Source: Gracilinanus agilis | Taxonomy: Eukaryota | Assembly: GCF_016433145.1 (NCBI RefSeq) | Contig: NC_058131.1 | Span: 384,669,940-384,733,939 of the forward strand | DNA length: 64,000 nucleotides | Direction of reading: 5' to 3' | Part shown: piece after piece, positions 26,528-38,357 of the stretch | Numbering within the stretch: the stretch's first letter is position 1 | Layout: each line of letters begins with the position of its first letter | Program-made: the position numbers and the translations under genes | Notes under the pieces: model-generated | The model's input: only the letters and a program-made list of their open reading frames with translations | What the model was told of the DNA's origin: nothing | The model's database searches: none

Positions 26528-27499
26528 TAAAAGAAGGTTGATACTAGAATTGAGAGGGGTTGTGAAAAGCTTCCTAAAGTACATGGGATTTTAGTTGGAA
26601 TGAAAGGAAACGGAGGTGAGTAGGTAGAAATGAAGTTAGAGGATTCTAGCTATAGGGGATGAGCAGAAAACATTTTCAGAAATGAGAGATGGAGTATCTT
26701 GTTAGAAGAAAAGCAAGAAGGCCAATATTATTTATTGGCTCAAAGAATACATGGCAGGGAATAAAGCTCAAGAAGATTGGAAAGGGAGGAAAGGGCTAAG
26801 GTATGAAAGGTTTTGAATGGCAGATGATTTTGTATTTAATCCTGGAGGTGATAGGAAACTACTGGAGTTTGAGTAGGAGTTTGAGATGGTCAGACTTGAA
26901 CTTTAGGAAAATCACTTTAGTGCCTGAATGGAAGATGGATTTGAATAGAGAAACACTTGAGATAGACAGACCCACCAACATCCAATTACAAAAATCCAGA
27001 CAAGAAGTGCAGAGGGCTTGTACCAGGTGGTGGACAATATTAGAGGAGAGAAAGAAATGTATCTGAGTGATTTTGCAAAGACAAAATTGATGGGCCTTGG
27101 TAACAGCTTAGATATGAAGATTAAAGAGTTTAGTATTACTCAAAAGTTCTGAACCTGAAGGGCTAGGAAAATGGTGTTATCCTCAACAGTCACAGGAATG
27201 GTTAGAAGGGGTGGGAGAATTAGGGGAGGGGGGGAAATAATGAATTCAGTTTCAGACATTTACTGTTTAAGATGTGTACAGGACATTTAGCTTGAGATGT
27301 TTGAAAAGTATCTGGAAATATGAGATAAAGGGCAAATGGGCAGAACAGATAAATCTGAGAATCATCAGCTTAGAGATATTAAATAAATCCATAGGATTTG
27401 ATGAGATCACCAAATGAAATAATAGAGAGAAGAAGAGAAAAGATGATAATTAGGCTCTTGTAATATTAGATATCATCTAGCTGTGTCTCTCTATATTAC

Positions 27500-28145
27500 A
27501 TAATGGTATAATATTTAATAATTGTTTCTTACATTTTTCAATCCATGTTCTTTTCCTTCCTCCCCCACCCCATTTTCTCCCTTCTCCAAGATGGCAGGTA
27601 ATATAAGTTGTAGATATTTCCATGTCTATAATGTTGTGAAATAAAAGTCATTTCCACTAGAGAAAAATTAATGGAGGAAATAGTAAAGAATGGTGTGCTT
27701 CAATCTGCATTTATTCTCCATAAGTTCCTTCTGTAGTGGTGGATAGCCTTTTTCATCATGAGTTCCTTAGAGTTTTCCTAGAGTCTTACATTGTTGATAA
27801 TATTTAATTCATTCACAATTTGATCATCATACACTATTTTTGTTACTATGTAAAGCATTCTCCCGGTTCTGATCACTTTACTTTGCATTTACTTCATATA
27901 GGTTTTTCCGGGATTGTTTTGTGATTTTTTTTGGCATTTCTTATGGCACAATAGTATTCCATTACAATCATATACCATAATTTTTTCAGCCATTCTCCAT
28001 ATGATAAATGTCCTTTCAGTTTCCAGTTCTTTGCCCCGATCAAAAGAGCTGCTATAAATGTTTTGTACAAGTAGGTCCTTTTCCCCTGGCTTTGATCTCT
28101 TCTTTATAATAGGGTTGTGACAAATGATACTATTTGGTATTTCTT
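27500..28145 (-). mobile_element. Old LINE-1 3' fragment, reverse strand
   Basis: Reverse ORF2-end motifs (gcacaatagtattccattacaatcatataccataa, ttccagttctttgcc, aaaagagctgctataaat). Confidence 0.75.
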
Positions 28146-28289
28146 TACCAATTTGAAATTTCAAAAGGCATTTTTCATTGACTCATTCTTCAAAACAACC
28201 TTGTAAAGGAAATAGTAGAATAATTGTTTTCTTCATTTAAGAGATGCATAAAATGCCTTGCCCAAGATCATTCAGGAAAGCAAGAGAGC

Positions 28290-28705
28290 CTAAGTGAAGG
28301 GACGAAAACCAGAAGAATGTTGTACACAATAACAGCAACAAAATATGATGATCAACTGTAAATGACAATTGTTTTTAGCAGTGCAAGGATCCAGGACAAC
28401 TCTAAGGGACTCTTGACAAAAAAGGCTCTCCACCTTCATAAGAAGGTACTATCGGAACCTGAATAAAGATTGAAGCAAACATTTTCACATTATTTTCTCT
28501 CTGAATTTTTCTCTAGTGTAAGTGATATGTGTCTTCTTTTATAATATGATGAACATGAAATATGTATTGTATGATATCACATGTACCACATATATCATAT
28601 TACCAGCTGTCTTGGATATGGGGAAAGGATGAGAGAAAAATGTGAATCCCAAAATATCTAAAAATGATATTGAAAATTGCGTGTTATCTAGAAAAAAATT
28701 TTTAA
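28290..28705 (+). mobile_element. LINE-1 3' end fragment
   Basis: aaccagaagaatgttgtacacaataacagcaac...atccaggacaactctaagggactc, similar to the L1 3' ends at 26080-26230 and 15660-15790. Confidence 0.75.
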
Positions 28706-31659
28706 AAAGAAAGCAATGGATCTGAGATTTCTATTCTCGTGTATTACCTCTATTGAAACACCATTAATAGATCACCAGCCTCAATTTCCACATATTCAAT
28801 GACAGGCAATAGCTACCTAATAGGATTATCCATTTCATTTTCAGATTTCTCTAATTGTTAGGAAGTTCATTTTTATAATGAGCTAAAATATACCTCTCTG
28901 TAATTTCCTCCCATTCTGAACAGAAACAACTCTGGATGATAAAGTGTTCAAGTTATTTAGGTTCCTTTAAAAAGTTATCTTAATGACTAAACTTGATGAT
29001 CCCAGGGCCAGGGATTTAAAACTAGATGGGACCTTAGAGTTAATCTAATCCTACCTCATCATTTTATAAATGTAGCAATTAAGATCCAGAGACTTAAGTG
29101 ACTTGCCCAAGTTCACATAGTTTAGCAGGAGCACTAGAATTTGAACCCAGGTACTCTAACAAAATGCAAAAGGAGAATGAAGAGAAGAAAAAGAAACTGA
29201 GTTGATTTTCCTGGCTAATTGGAATTTGTCAGAACATGATAAAGATTACAGAATTCAAACACATTTATCTGAGTTGGAAGGGATCAGAAACTATCCTAGT
29301 ATGACTTCCTTGTTCTGAGAGTATGGAAATTGAAACCCAATATAGGGAGGAAGTTGTGGACTTCCTTTAAGATGCAAAGAGAGCTAGAGAGAGCTGGATG
29401 GAAGATCAAGGTCTCCTTATCGCTATGCCTTAATGCTCCTACTCCCTCATTCTGTTTCTCATTTAGAGAAATGAATCACAGAAAGTCAAAGCTGGAAGTG
29501 TCCTGAGAACAATGTAATGCAGTAGAAAAAACACTGATTGGAGGTCCAGAGGACCTGGGTATGAACAAAAATCTACTATGCAAATTGTCATGGAGCAAGT
29601 CCCTTTCTTACCCACCCCTCTTAGATTTCTGTTTCCTTATCTATAAAATGCTAAGCTTAAACCTGATAAGACTGCCAGGAGATATATCATATGAGGAAAA
29701 GTAAGGTTCTCCACTTAGTGACACATAATAACTCTGATAACCCAATGTCTGTGGCACCATTGCTTAAGAAGGACAATCTAGATGATTTGAAGTAATAGTT
29801 ATAGATGGGGTGGCAGTCTTCCATCATTTTAGGGAATGTGATATGACTTGAGTCTCCTGGCAACTGTCCACTGACCAGAGGCTAAACTCATCACATTCAA
29901 AAACTGTCAACTGACCAGAGGTTCTGTATTGAGTCAAGGGCAAAGTGTATGCTTTTTATAGGTTCTGCACAGTGAATGATTAACAGTAATATACAAAAGG
30001 CAGATAATTCATTTTTTCTTGGCTTGTATCCTAGAAAAGCAAAAAAAATGTCCATTGTGGGAGTGTGTTTTTGCATCTTTAACCACAAAAGAAGGCTTAA
30101 ATTTCCTTCCACATGTCATATACCAGGCAAGTTATGAATGTTTTGTTGTTATTTTTCAATGTCCTGATTTTGTCTGTATCCAGAACTTCTGGTGTGTAGA
30201 TTCCCTGAAAGATGAACCCCAGTGAATCTTATAGTCTTAATGAATTGTCTGGGCAATGAGAGGATAAACAACTTATTGGGGGGTCCCACAGTTTGTATAA
30301 GCAAGAGAACTTGAATTCAGGTCTTCTTAACATCAAGGCTGTAGCCACTACTTTATGATTTCTCTCTGACAGGAATCTTATGTCATTAATTTCACTGCTT
30401 ACATACCTGCTGAGAAAATGCTCTGATTGATGTTAAAGGGGAAATTATTCACTGAAAATATTTCATAATAATAGACAAAGCCATCACAAATCATTTGTCT
30501 GGTATATAGCCAACTTGACACTTTTTCATTTAAGATATATACTAGATTTCATTGAATCATAGGATTTGAACCTGGGAGGGACCTTAGAATTAATTTATTC
30601 TGGTCCTCATTTTGCAGATGAGGAAACTAAATCCCAGAGAGGTCAAGTGTCTGGTCCAAGGTCACAAAGATAAGGAAAAAAAGCCAGAACTCAAATCTTG
30701 TTTTCTGTAGGTGAGCCCAGCATTCTTTTCCCTATACCAGGCTTCTTCCTGCAATTCAAGCTTGCTCACTTCACTCTGGCATTCTCTAAATTGGTTCTAA
30801 TTTTTTCTGGGAGTTATCATGCTGCTTTCATGGTGCTAGACAGAATTCTGGTAAACTTCCAGCGTAATCCGTGTTTTAATAGGCTCTTGTCAAAGTGATT
30901 CTTAAAGAGAGATGATATTTCCAAATATATACTGGCCGTGGGCAGTCTTAATGCATTACTTACATTTAAGTGATTAAAGGTAACTCCCACCAAATCAATA
31001 GCATAAGGGGAGTTAAAGAGGAAACATTAAAACTAAAATTAACATCAGCTAAGAAGATAAAAATGGTAGATATGATAGTGATAGTTTCAAAATCTCAACT
31101 GCAATTTAAAGTATAAAGAAGAAATAGAGAAATAAGAATATATTAAATGGACATGTCCCTCTCTTTTAGAGTCCTTCTCTTATGCATCCTTGTGGCATGA
31201 AGGTGACCTTGATGTCCTAAGAGGTATGCTAGTGGGATGGAGGTTCTGGCATTTTCTGTCAAGATGGAAAGACTTAATGTATGAGGCCTAGTAATAGATG
31301 CCTCTTGTTTGAATTCTCTAGCTAACCTCAGAGAAGCTCATCACTAGTTTGACTTCAGAGGGAACTGACAGCTTTTTCAGATACCATGACCATGTAAAAG
31401 TTCATCTATTAATTTAAAAAGCCTAGTCAGTGTGGTTCAGTGGAGGCTGAGGAGGAGGGGATGAAGAATTTAGAGTGATAGAATTTAGGTCTGAATCCTG
31501 GTTCTGATAGTATTAGATGTTTGCCCTCAGGCAAATCTTCCTCAACATTAAAAAAGGGGGAGGGTGGATTCTTTCCCTCTCATTCTCTCTCTCTTTAGAT
31601 AGACAGACACAAATATAGGTGTCTTGAAGGTCTTTTCCATCATTTTCTCTCCAGGGTAT

Positions 31660-32620
31660 CTTGCCAGTCTTAATGGGTATAATATCTACACAGATGACTA
31701 AGATCTACATAACCAATTCTGTTCTGCTCCACTTCTAAATCTCCAATTGCCTATTGGAGGGTATAAACTTGATGTCCTGTAGGCATCTCAAAATCAGCAT
31801 ACCCAAAATAAAACTCAGTGTCTTTACCCTTACTCACATGCCCCCAAACTACTTATTTGTGTAAAATATATCAGTATCCCTCAAGACTTGCAGGTTTTCA
31901 ATCTCAAGGTTGTTTTTAATTCCTCAATTTTCTTACCCCATGTATACAATGAGATGCCAAGTCTGTTTTTTTTTTCCTATTTCTGCAACAATTCTATCTG
32001 TCCTTTTCTCTCTACTCATATGGCCATTAATCAACCTCGGGCTTTCATCATATCCCACCTGGATTATTTTCATAGTATTCTAATTGTTTTCCCTTTTCCT
32101 ATCTCAGGCCTGTCCCCTCTTCAATCCATCCTCCACACAGTGGCCAATGTGATATTCTTAAAATACAGTTTGGATCATGAAATTCTTCTGCTCAATAAAT
32201 TTCAGTGATTGCTCATTGCCTCTAGGTCCAAATTCAAACTCCTCTTTTTAACATTTCATGCCCTTCACTAGTGGCTCTAAGGTTCCCTTTTAATGCTAAT
32301 TACTCCCCTATTCACATGAAGTACATTCTCTTCTCACCTCTGCTTTTTGGATTCTCCTGGGTTTTTTTCACATCTCAGCTCCAGCATCACTTCTTATATA
32401 AAGAGTTTCCTAACTGATCATTTACTAATGACTGCCTCTCTCCCACTATCTTTATTTTTATGCATTTCGCATAAAGTTACATGTGTATTCATTGTCTTCC
32501 ATAATTGAATATAAACTTCTTACAGATAGAGAATGCTTTATATTTGTTTCTGGAGCAGGGTCTACCATGAGACATGGCACATAGTAGGTGTTCAATGAAT
32601 GCTTATTGGCAGATTATTAA
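31660..32620 (+). mobile_element. LINE-2 3' fragment
   Basis: gcatctcaaaatcagcatacccaaaataaaactc...ccacctggattatttt...ggcacatagtaggtgttcaatgaatgcttattgg. Confidence 0.75.
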
Positions 32621-33926
32621 TTGATAGAGGTAGGAGGAGTATCAGTGCTATAATAACTTACAGATACTTCTGTACCAAAGTATCTAAAAGAAAGAAATGA
32701 TTATTATAATTAAATTCTCTGGAATTAAATTCTCTGGAAACTGCATCTTAATTTTATGATTATTATTTACTAAATAGCAAAAAGCAAGCCAAAGAAGGAG
32801 AGAAGTCTGAGACCCATGTGGCTAGCTGGCTCTTTCAGCTGCTTTCCTGTGAGCTGCCAGACCTATACCCATATATCCATTTGCCCTCCTATACCCATAA
32901 TTCAGAAAAAAGCCACTTCCTGCCCCTTCCATCAGTTTATGCTCTTTTTGATGTCCCTTTCCTTAGCTTCTCTGACTGGAGGATTCAGAGCTCAGTCAGG
33001 TCTTCTGGACTCCAGGAGTAACCATGTGGCCTTTCTTGATGTATATACATTTTTCTCCACATGGCTCTACCTGAATCATTTAAATGCTTCACCATCCAAG
33101 AGGTTTGTTTATAAATAAACAAAGAACTTGCCTTCTCCCTACATGTCAGCAAGGGGAAAGTAGCTTGTTAGTAGATTCAGTCTTAAGAGCAAACATTTTA
33201 TTTTTTTGCTTTAAAAATTAAAAGATTTTGGGGGGACCAAAAAGGGGTATAGATTAATATCAACTTTCCACATGATATAACATATTTGAAGCCTAAAGAT
33301 TTACCTTCAAACGATAGTACATAAATGTAGTTTAAAAATTATGATTCTATTTAATATATATTAAAGATCAAATGTTTCCAAAGGTAAAGAATCTGTTCAA
33401 TTCTATTAGAAAGGCATAAAAGATTTTAATGTGATTTTCAATATTATAAGGAAAGGGGAAAGTGAGTAGTATTCTTTGACCTGTGGATAAAGCAGGAATC
33501 AGAGACAAGGTATAGTTGAAGCTATTTTATTTGGGGTACATAAAAGAATGGCATAGATGTAGGACTAATATCCATCAATTTCTTTCAAACTTTGAAAGAG
33601 AAATTAAGGATACATATTCCAGTGTTTCAAGAATCAATGATTATAGTAATATGAATACAATATCCATTAATACATCTTGCAGCTGTAAAAGGGAATTCTT
33701 AATCCCTTTATCTAATAATTTAACTGAGGACCTAGAGGTCCTTTTACCATAGAGATGTGTAAAGATATACCAGCCCACAGTGAAAGGAAGTAGAAACCAG
33801 AGAGATAGGAAGTGAGATAAAAATGGGTTATAAAATGCCAGCATGAGGATTGAGAGGGGCTTATTGACCTTTTTTGGGTTGGGAGGTGGTTGGTTGCTGG
33901 TAGTGTGGTGATTAGTTGGTGGTTGG

Positions 33927-33929
<3 letters not shown>

Positions 33930-33972
<43 letters not shown>

Positions 33973-34052
33973 NNNNNNNNNNNNNNNNNNNNNNNNNNNN
34001 NNNNNNNNNNNNNNNNNNNNNNNNNNNNNNNNNNNNNNNNNNNNNNNNNNNN

Positions 34053-34101
<49 letters not shown>
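33930..34101. repeat. (AT)n...(AT)n(AC)n microsatellite spanning an 80-N assembly gap (33973-34052)
   Basis: Read directly from the sequence; source of five spurious YI/CV/TH ORFs. Confidence 0.95.
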
Positions 34102-34103
<2 letters not shown>

Positions 34104-34452
34104 CTACATCTCCTCCACCAATTACTTTAAATTTGCTAAGGCACATTTAATAATTTAGCTTAGTGTATATATAGTTATCATTTATCTATACATTTGCCTC
34201 CTTCAATTCCTAATTGTGAATTTCTCAAGGTTAGGCACTGTTTTGTTGTTGTCTTTCTTTGTCTAGTGACTGGAAGGGTGCCTGGTACAGAGTAAGTACT
34301 TAATATATTTTTATTTAATGTATGAATGGACAGTGCTGAATAGTCATTTAATATGTTTATTTTCTAATGTGAACTTAACAAAAATTTCAATTTGCAAAGA
34401 AAAAAAAAGGATTATGTATGATTCTGCGAACTTCTTTTATAAACAATTGCTT

Positions 34453-34656
34453 TTTTTTTTTTTAAACCTTTACTTTCCATCTTGGAATCAATACTGTGTA
34501 TTGGTTCCAAGGCAGAAGAGTGATAAGGGCTAGGCAATGGGAGTTAAGTATTTGCCCAGGGTCACATAGCTAGGAAGTGTCTGAGGTCAGATTTGAACCC
34601 AGGACCTCCCATCTCTGGGCCTGACTCTCAATTCACTAGGTCACCTAGCTGCCCCC
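34453..34656 (-). mobile_element. Full-length SINE1_Mdo-type SINE
   Basis: taaacctttactttccatcttggaatcaatactgtgtattggttccaaggcagaagag...ctagctgccccc. TSD ataaacaattgctt (34439-34452, 34657-34670). Confidence 0.9.
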
Positions 34657-34749
34657 ATAAACAATTGCTTTTTTTAAAGTATATATTCAATTAAACACTG
34701 TAGTAAGAAAATTTTCTTTTCTTTCTAAAATTTTCAAATTTCATCCACT

Positions 34750-35400
34750 GAGTTTTTGTTTTATTGGCTTTCCTTTCTTCCTTTTTTTCCTTCTCTCATT
34801 CTTTCCTTTCTTCCCTCCTCTCCTCATCAGCTGATTGACTTCTCAAATATGTCTTCCCTTATTAGTAAATTGAAATATATCTACTTTATGGTCGTATCTG
34901 AAAAAAGAACCCCTCATTCTATTCTTCTTATCTATTGCTTTCCTCTTAAAAGCCAATGAGGCAGGCTTCAATGTCAGTTTTTTTAATGTAATGATTAGTC
35001 ACTATGTTAACTGATTACAGTTTTGAAGTCTTTCAAAGTTGTTTAACTTTATGTTTTTATTGTCATTATGCAAACTATTCAACTTACACTTTTCAGTTCA
35101 CATGAGTCTTCTCAGATTTCTCTGAATTCTTCATACTTGTTATTTCTTAATGCCTAATCCCATTAGAAAAGGAAATGGCAAACCACTTCAGTATCTTTGC
35201 CAAGAAAATTCCATGGACAATATAGTTCATGGGTCATGAAGAGTTGGACATGACTGATTAACTTGAACAACAACAAGATTCTATTACATTCATTTACCAC
35301 AATGGGCCTGTCATTCTCCCATCGCCACTGACCATTTCCAGGTTCTTTACTACAATTAATAATGTTTCTCTAAACATTTTTATACATATGACTCCTTTCC
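34750..35400 (-). mobile_element. Degraded LINE-1 3' fragment, interrupted by an RTE-SINE piece
   Basis: Reverse L1 motifs (ttcagttcacatgagtcttctcag, ctattacattcatttaccacaa, ttccaggttctttac). Confidence 0.55.
35161..35276 (+). mobile_element. RTE/BovB-related SINE tail (WALLSI/MAR1-type)
   Basis: gaaaaggaaatggcaaaccacttcagtatctttgccaagaaaattccatggac...gaagagttggacatgactga...caacaacaa is the BovA-like RTE 3' end. Confidence 0.8.
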
Positions 35401-36459
35401 ACATAATCTCTTTGAGGAACATGCTAGCATTCATGTATTAAAGGCTATATACAGTTTAGTGATTTTGTAATATAATTCAATAATTTCCCCAAAGTGGTTG
35501 GACTAATATACTTATCCATTCTTAAATACTTCTAGATGAATATCACTGGTAAGAGCTTCTACTTTACTGTTAGAGTCTCTGAGAACCCAAGGTCAATTCC
35601 ATATTACAACGAGACATCAGAATAAGATTTCAGTGGAAGTTAGGGAAAATTACTGTAATCATTAATCATTATTCAGTTTAAAACATTATTATTATTAATA
35701 GCTAACATTTGTATGGAACTTTATAGCAGAAAAAGTGACAAAGATACAGAGATGAAAATACTAACCACAATGCATAGTAAATTTATAGATCTCATTAGTT
35801 TATGAAGTGGTACAGCTAGAAAATTCATGTATGAAAGATCTATAGTTTAATAAGGGAAATGAGAGTGTTTGGAAGGGAGGTTATGCTCTTCTTTCACCTT
35901 CGAGATTATAGTAGGCAATAATGCCATGGCACACAAATCAAACAACCAACTACCCAATCACATTCTAATATATGCCATCTATGCAAGAGATCTCTAGATA
36001 CTGTCAAAATTTTAAGTTAAAATTCCTCTGAAAACTTTATAAGCCAGTTAATGAGATGAATTTTTAAATTATTAGTAAAAAGGAGTATATAATTAAATTT
36101 TATATTCTGCAATGTAGATTAGGTTTAATATCAGAGTTCAGTGTAAAAGGAGACCAATGAGATATGAAATATATAAGTGAGGGTTCACAGAGGAAGTAAG
36201 ACAAATGATAGGTAGATGTAATTCTGTGCATGATGGGTTGGAATATGATCTGAGTAAATGGAGTGGAGATGGGAAAACATCAGGTAAGGAAAGCAACATG
36301 AGTCAAGGCATGGATGTGGGACAAATGATACTCATAGTCTAAGGACCCTGGTCTACTAAGCATGGAAATTTCACATTATGTTAGAGTATGGGGAAATAAA
36401 GCTGGATTGGGGGAGGGGCTAACTCATAAAGAACCTTAAAATCAGAAAGAGTTTAAATT

Positions 36460-36710
36460 GAGGCAGTTTAATAGCATAGCATAGCATTTGGATAGAAGAT
36501 TGACCTTGGAGGCAAAAAGACCTGGGTTATGATTTTGCCTCTGACATTTAATAGCTGTGAGACTAACAACAAATCAAGTATCCTCTCCATGGCCCAGCAA
36601 CTGTCTAAAACTTTAGAGTTGTAGAGAAGTTGCTGATTGCATTAGTGGAAATAGTTTCCAAACTGGAAAATCTCTATATAAATCAAATCGCAGTTTGGAC
36701 CAAAATCCTC
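36460..36710 (+). mobile_element. Marsupial long-tailed CORE-SINE (related copies at about 12435-12640 -, 39660-39890 +, 41150-41400 -, 42360-42570 +)
   Basis: MIR-like head plus shared tail ...gttgtagagaagttgctgattgcattagtgg...aaatcgcagtttggacc. Exact family name (MdoRep1/Mar3/WALLSI3-like) is uncertain. Confidence 0.6.
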
Positions 36711-38149
36711 CAAAAAATTGGCAGACATGAGTGTTTGACCAGGTACCTGATGATAAAAGGATGTTTAAGATAGATGTTTCTAGTTGGATGAATTGAAAGG
36801 CCAGCTAGGAGGATGATATAATTATCTAAGTAAGATACTCTAATATTACTTTAAAAAAAAGATAAAACAGTAAAAGTAAGAAGACAAGTGTGAACAAAAC
36901 AGAGGCAATGCTTAAGGAGGGAAAATCTACCCATGTACTACAATGACCAGGGCCCTGATACAGAATAGTAATTCTAGATTTCTTAAATCAGGTTATTTGA
37001 GATCCATAAAGAAAACACAATTTCCATGTCAGATTCCTTTTTTTTTATTCCACTATAGGACTCTAGACTTTCCTATTACTGAAAAAAAAGAAAGAAAAGG
37101 GAAGCTAAAACAAAACTATCCTAGAGCTTCCATTTCAATTGCCTCGTCTCATTCACTGTTTTAGGAAAGTTCCAGGAGTGCTTCATTTCTCTGCCAAATC
37201 TCTGGCTTTTATCTTCTTACAAACTGCCTTGTAACACTGGAGAAATCTTGACCCCAGCCTCTGTTACCTTGATTAGTGGCTATTCTTCCAGATTAATACT
37301 TTAGGAACACTCTAGCCATGCTTCACTTTATTTCTTACCCTTCTCCCTGTCCTCTTCAACTTGCTGCTCTGGGTGAACTCTGAGGAAATCTCCCTTTCTC
37401 TCTCCCATCTACAGTTCTGGAACCATGAACCATGATCAAATCAACTCTGCCATTATTCCTTGATGGGAGTGTGTCAACCTACTCCCCCTTATGGTCTTAC
37501 CATTCTTATAACTTGCTGGACCAAAGTATTCCTTTCTGGTCAGAGTTCTGCTTCATATATTATCTCTATTAGAAGGCAAGATCCTCAAAGTCAGGGACTA
37601 TATGTGTTTATGTATTTGTATCTCTAGTGCTTAGCACACTGATTGACATCAATTTTTTTCCATCCATTTATATTATACATTTTCTAATTTGAATATGGAA
37701 AGATTTGCTTTACTAGGAAAATAGTAAAGATTATTTCATAAACTCCTCAATTTGCAACATGGGAAACTAAGTAAATACTAAAGATAAATCACCTTCAACT
37801 ACCATAAGCAAATGATAACTTAGATTGCTCTCAATCTATCACCAAATGACCCCTATGCATGAATCTAGGAAGTGCTTTCTACATTTTGTCGAAAGCTAAA
37901 GAAAAAACTCAGCACAACTGTCAATATGGGTTTCCAAAATAAAGGAAAAACACATTTGTGAACCAAGTTGGACTAAAGATAGAACATTAAGTTGGTAACT
38001 GTCATTAAAGAAAGGCAAAGAAATCATTGTTCTTTCTCCAACACATGAATCATTTACTTGTTTGTTGGCAAATGGAAAACAAACAAACAGTGCAGCAAAC
38101 CCTTTGTACCTTTAAAAGTAGGATTCTAGGATTAGAGCCCATTTTTTTT

Positions 38150-38357
38150 CTTTTCTTTTTTTTAAAACCACTTGCCTTCCATCTTAGAATCAATACTGTG
38201 TATTAGTTGCAAGTTCCAAGTGGTAAGGATCAATCAATGGGGGTCTAGTGACTTGCCCACAGTTATACAGCTAGTAAGTGTCTCAGGTCACATATGAATC
38301 CAGGACTTCCCATCTCCAGGCCTGGCTTTCAATCCATTGAACCACCTAGTTGGCCCC
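38150..38357 (-). mobile_element. SINE1_Mdo-type SINE (diverged)
   Basis: Same tail (ttagaatcaatactgtgtatt) and head (ccacctagttggcccc) as the 34453 copy. Confidence 0.82.

Larger units (their letters stand above)
24101..27430 (-). mobile_element. LINE-2 fragment split by the L1 insertion (L2 sequence at about 24101-24288 and 26528-27430)
   Basis: L2 3'-end signature gagtcagtcagtaag...aagtgcc...ccttcaaggagcttacaatttaatggg. The purine-rich reverse-strand L2 body resumes after the L1. Confidence 0.75.

Noticed and set aside
27500-28705. Oppositely oriented L1 pieces suggesting a twin-priming inversion
   Set aside because: Both pieces carry their own 3' UTR and are separated by a MIR-like fragment, so they are more likely independent insertions.
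29862-29921. Repeat-spacer-repeat pattern as a CRISPR-like array
   Set aside because: Only two repeats, in a mammalian intron with no cas genes; kept only as a minor duplication.
32708-32737. Short tandem duplications (15 bp x2 here; others near 128-160, 8859-8878 and 55519-55552)
   Set aside because: Ordinary replication-slippage duplications.
33641-34158. Longest ORFs in the track (144-153 aa)
   Set aside because: Artefacts of (AT)n/(AC)n microsatellites and an N gap.
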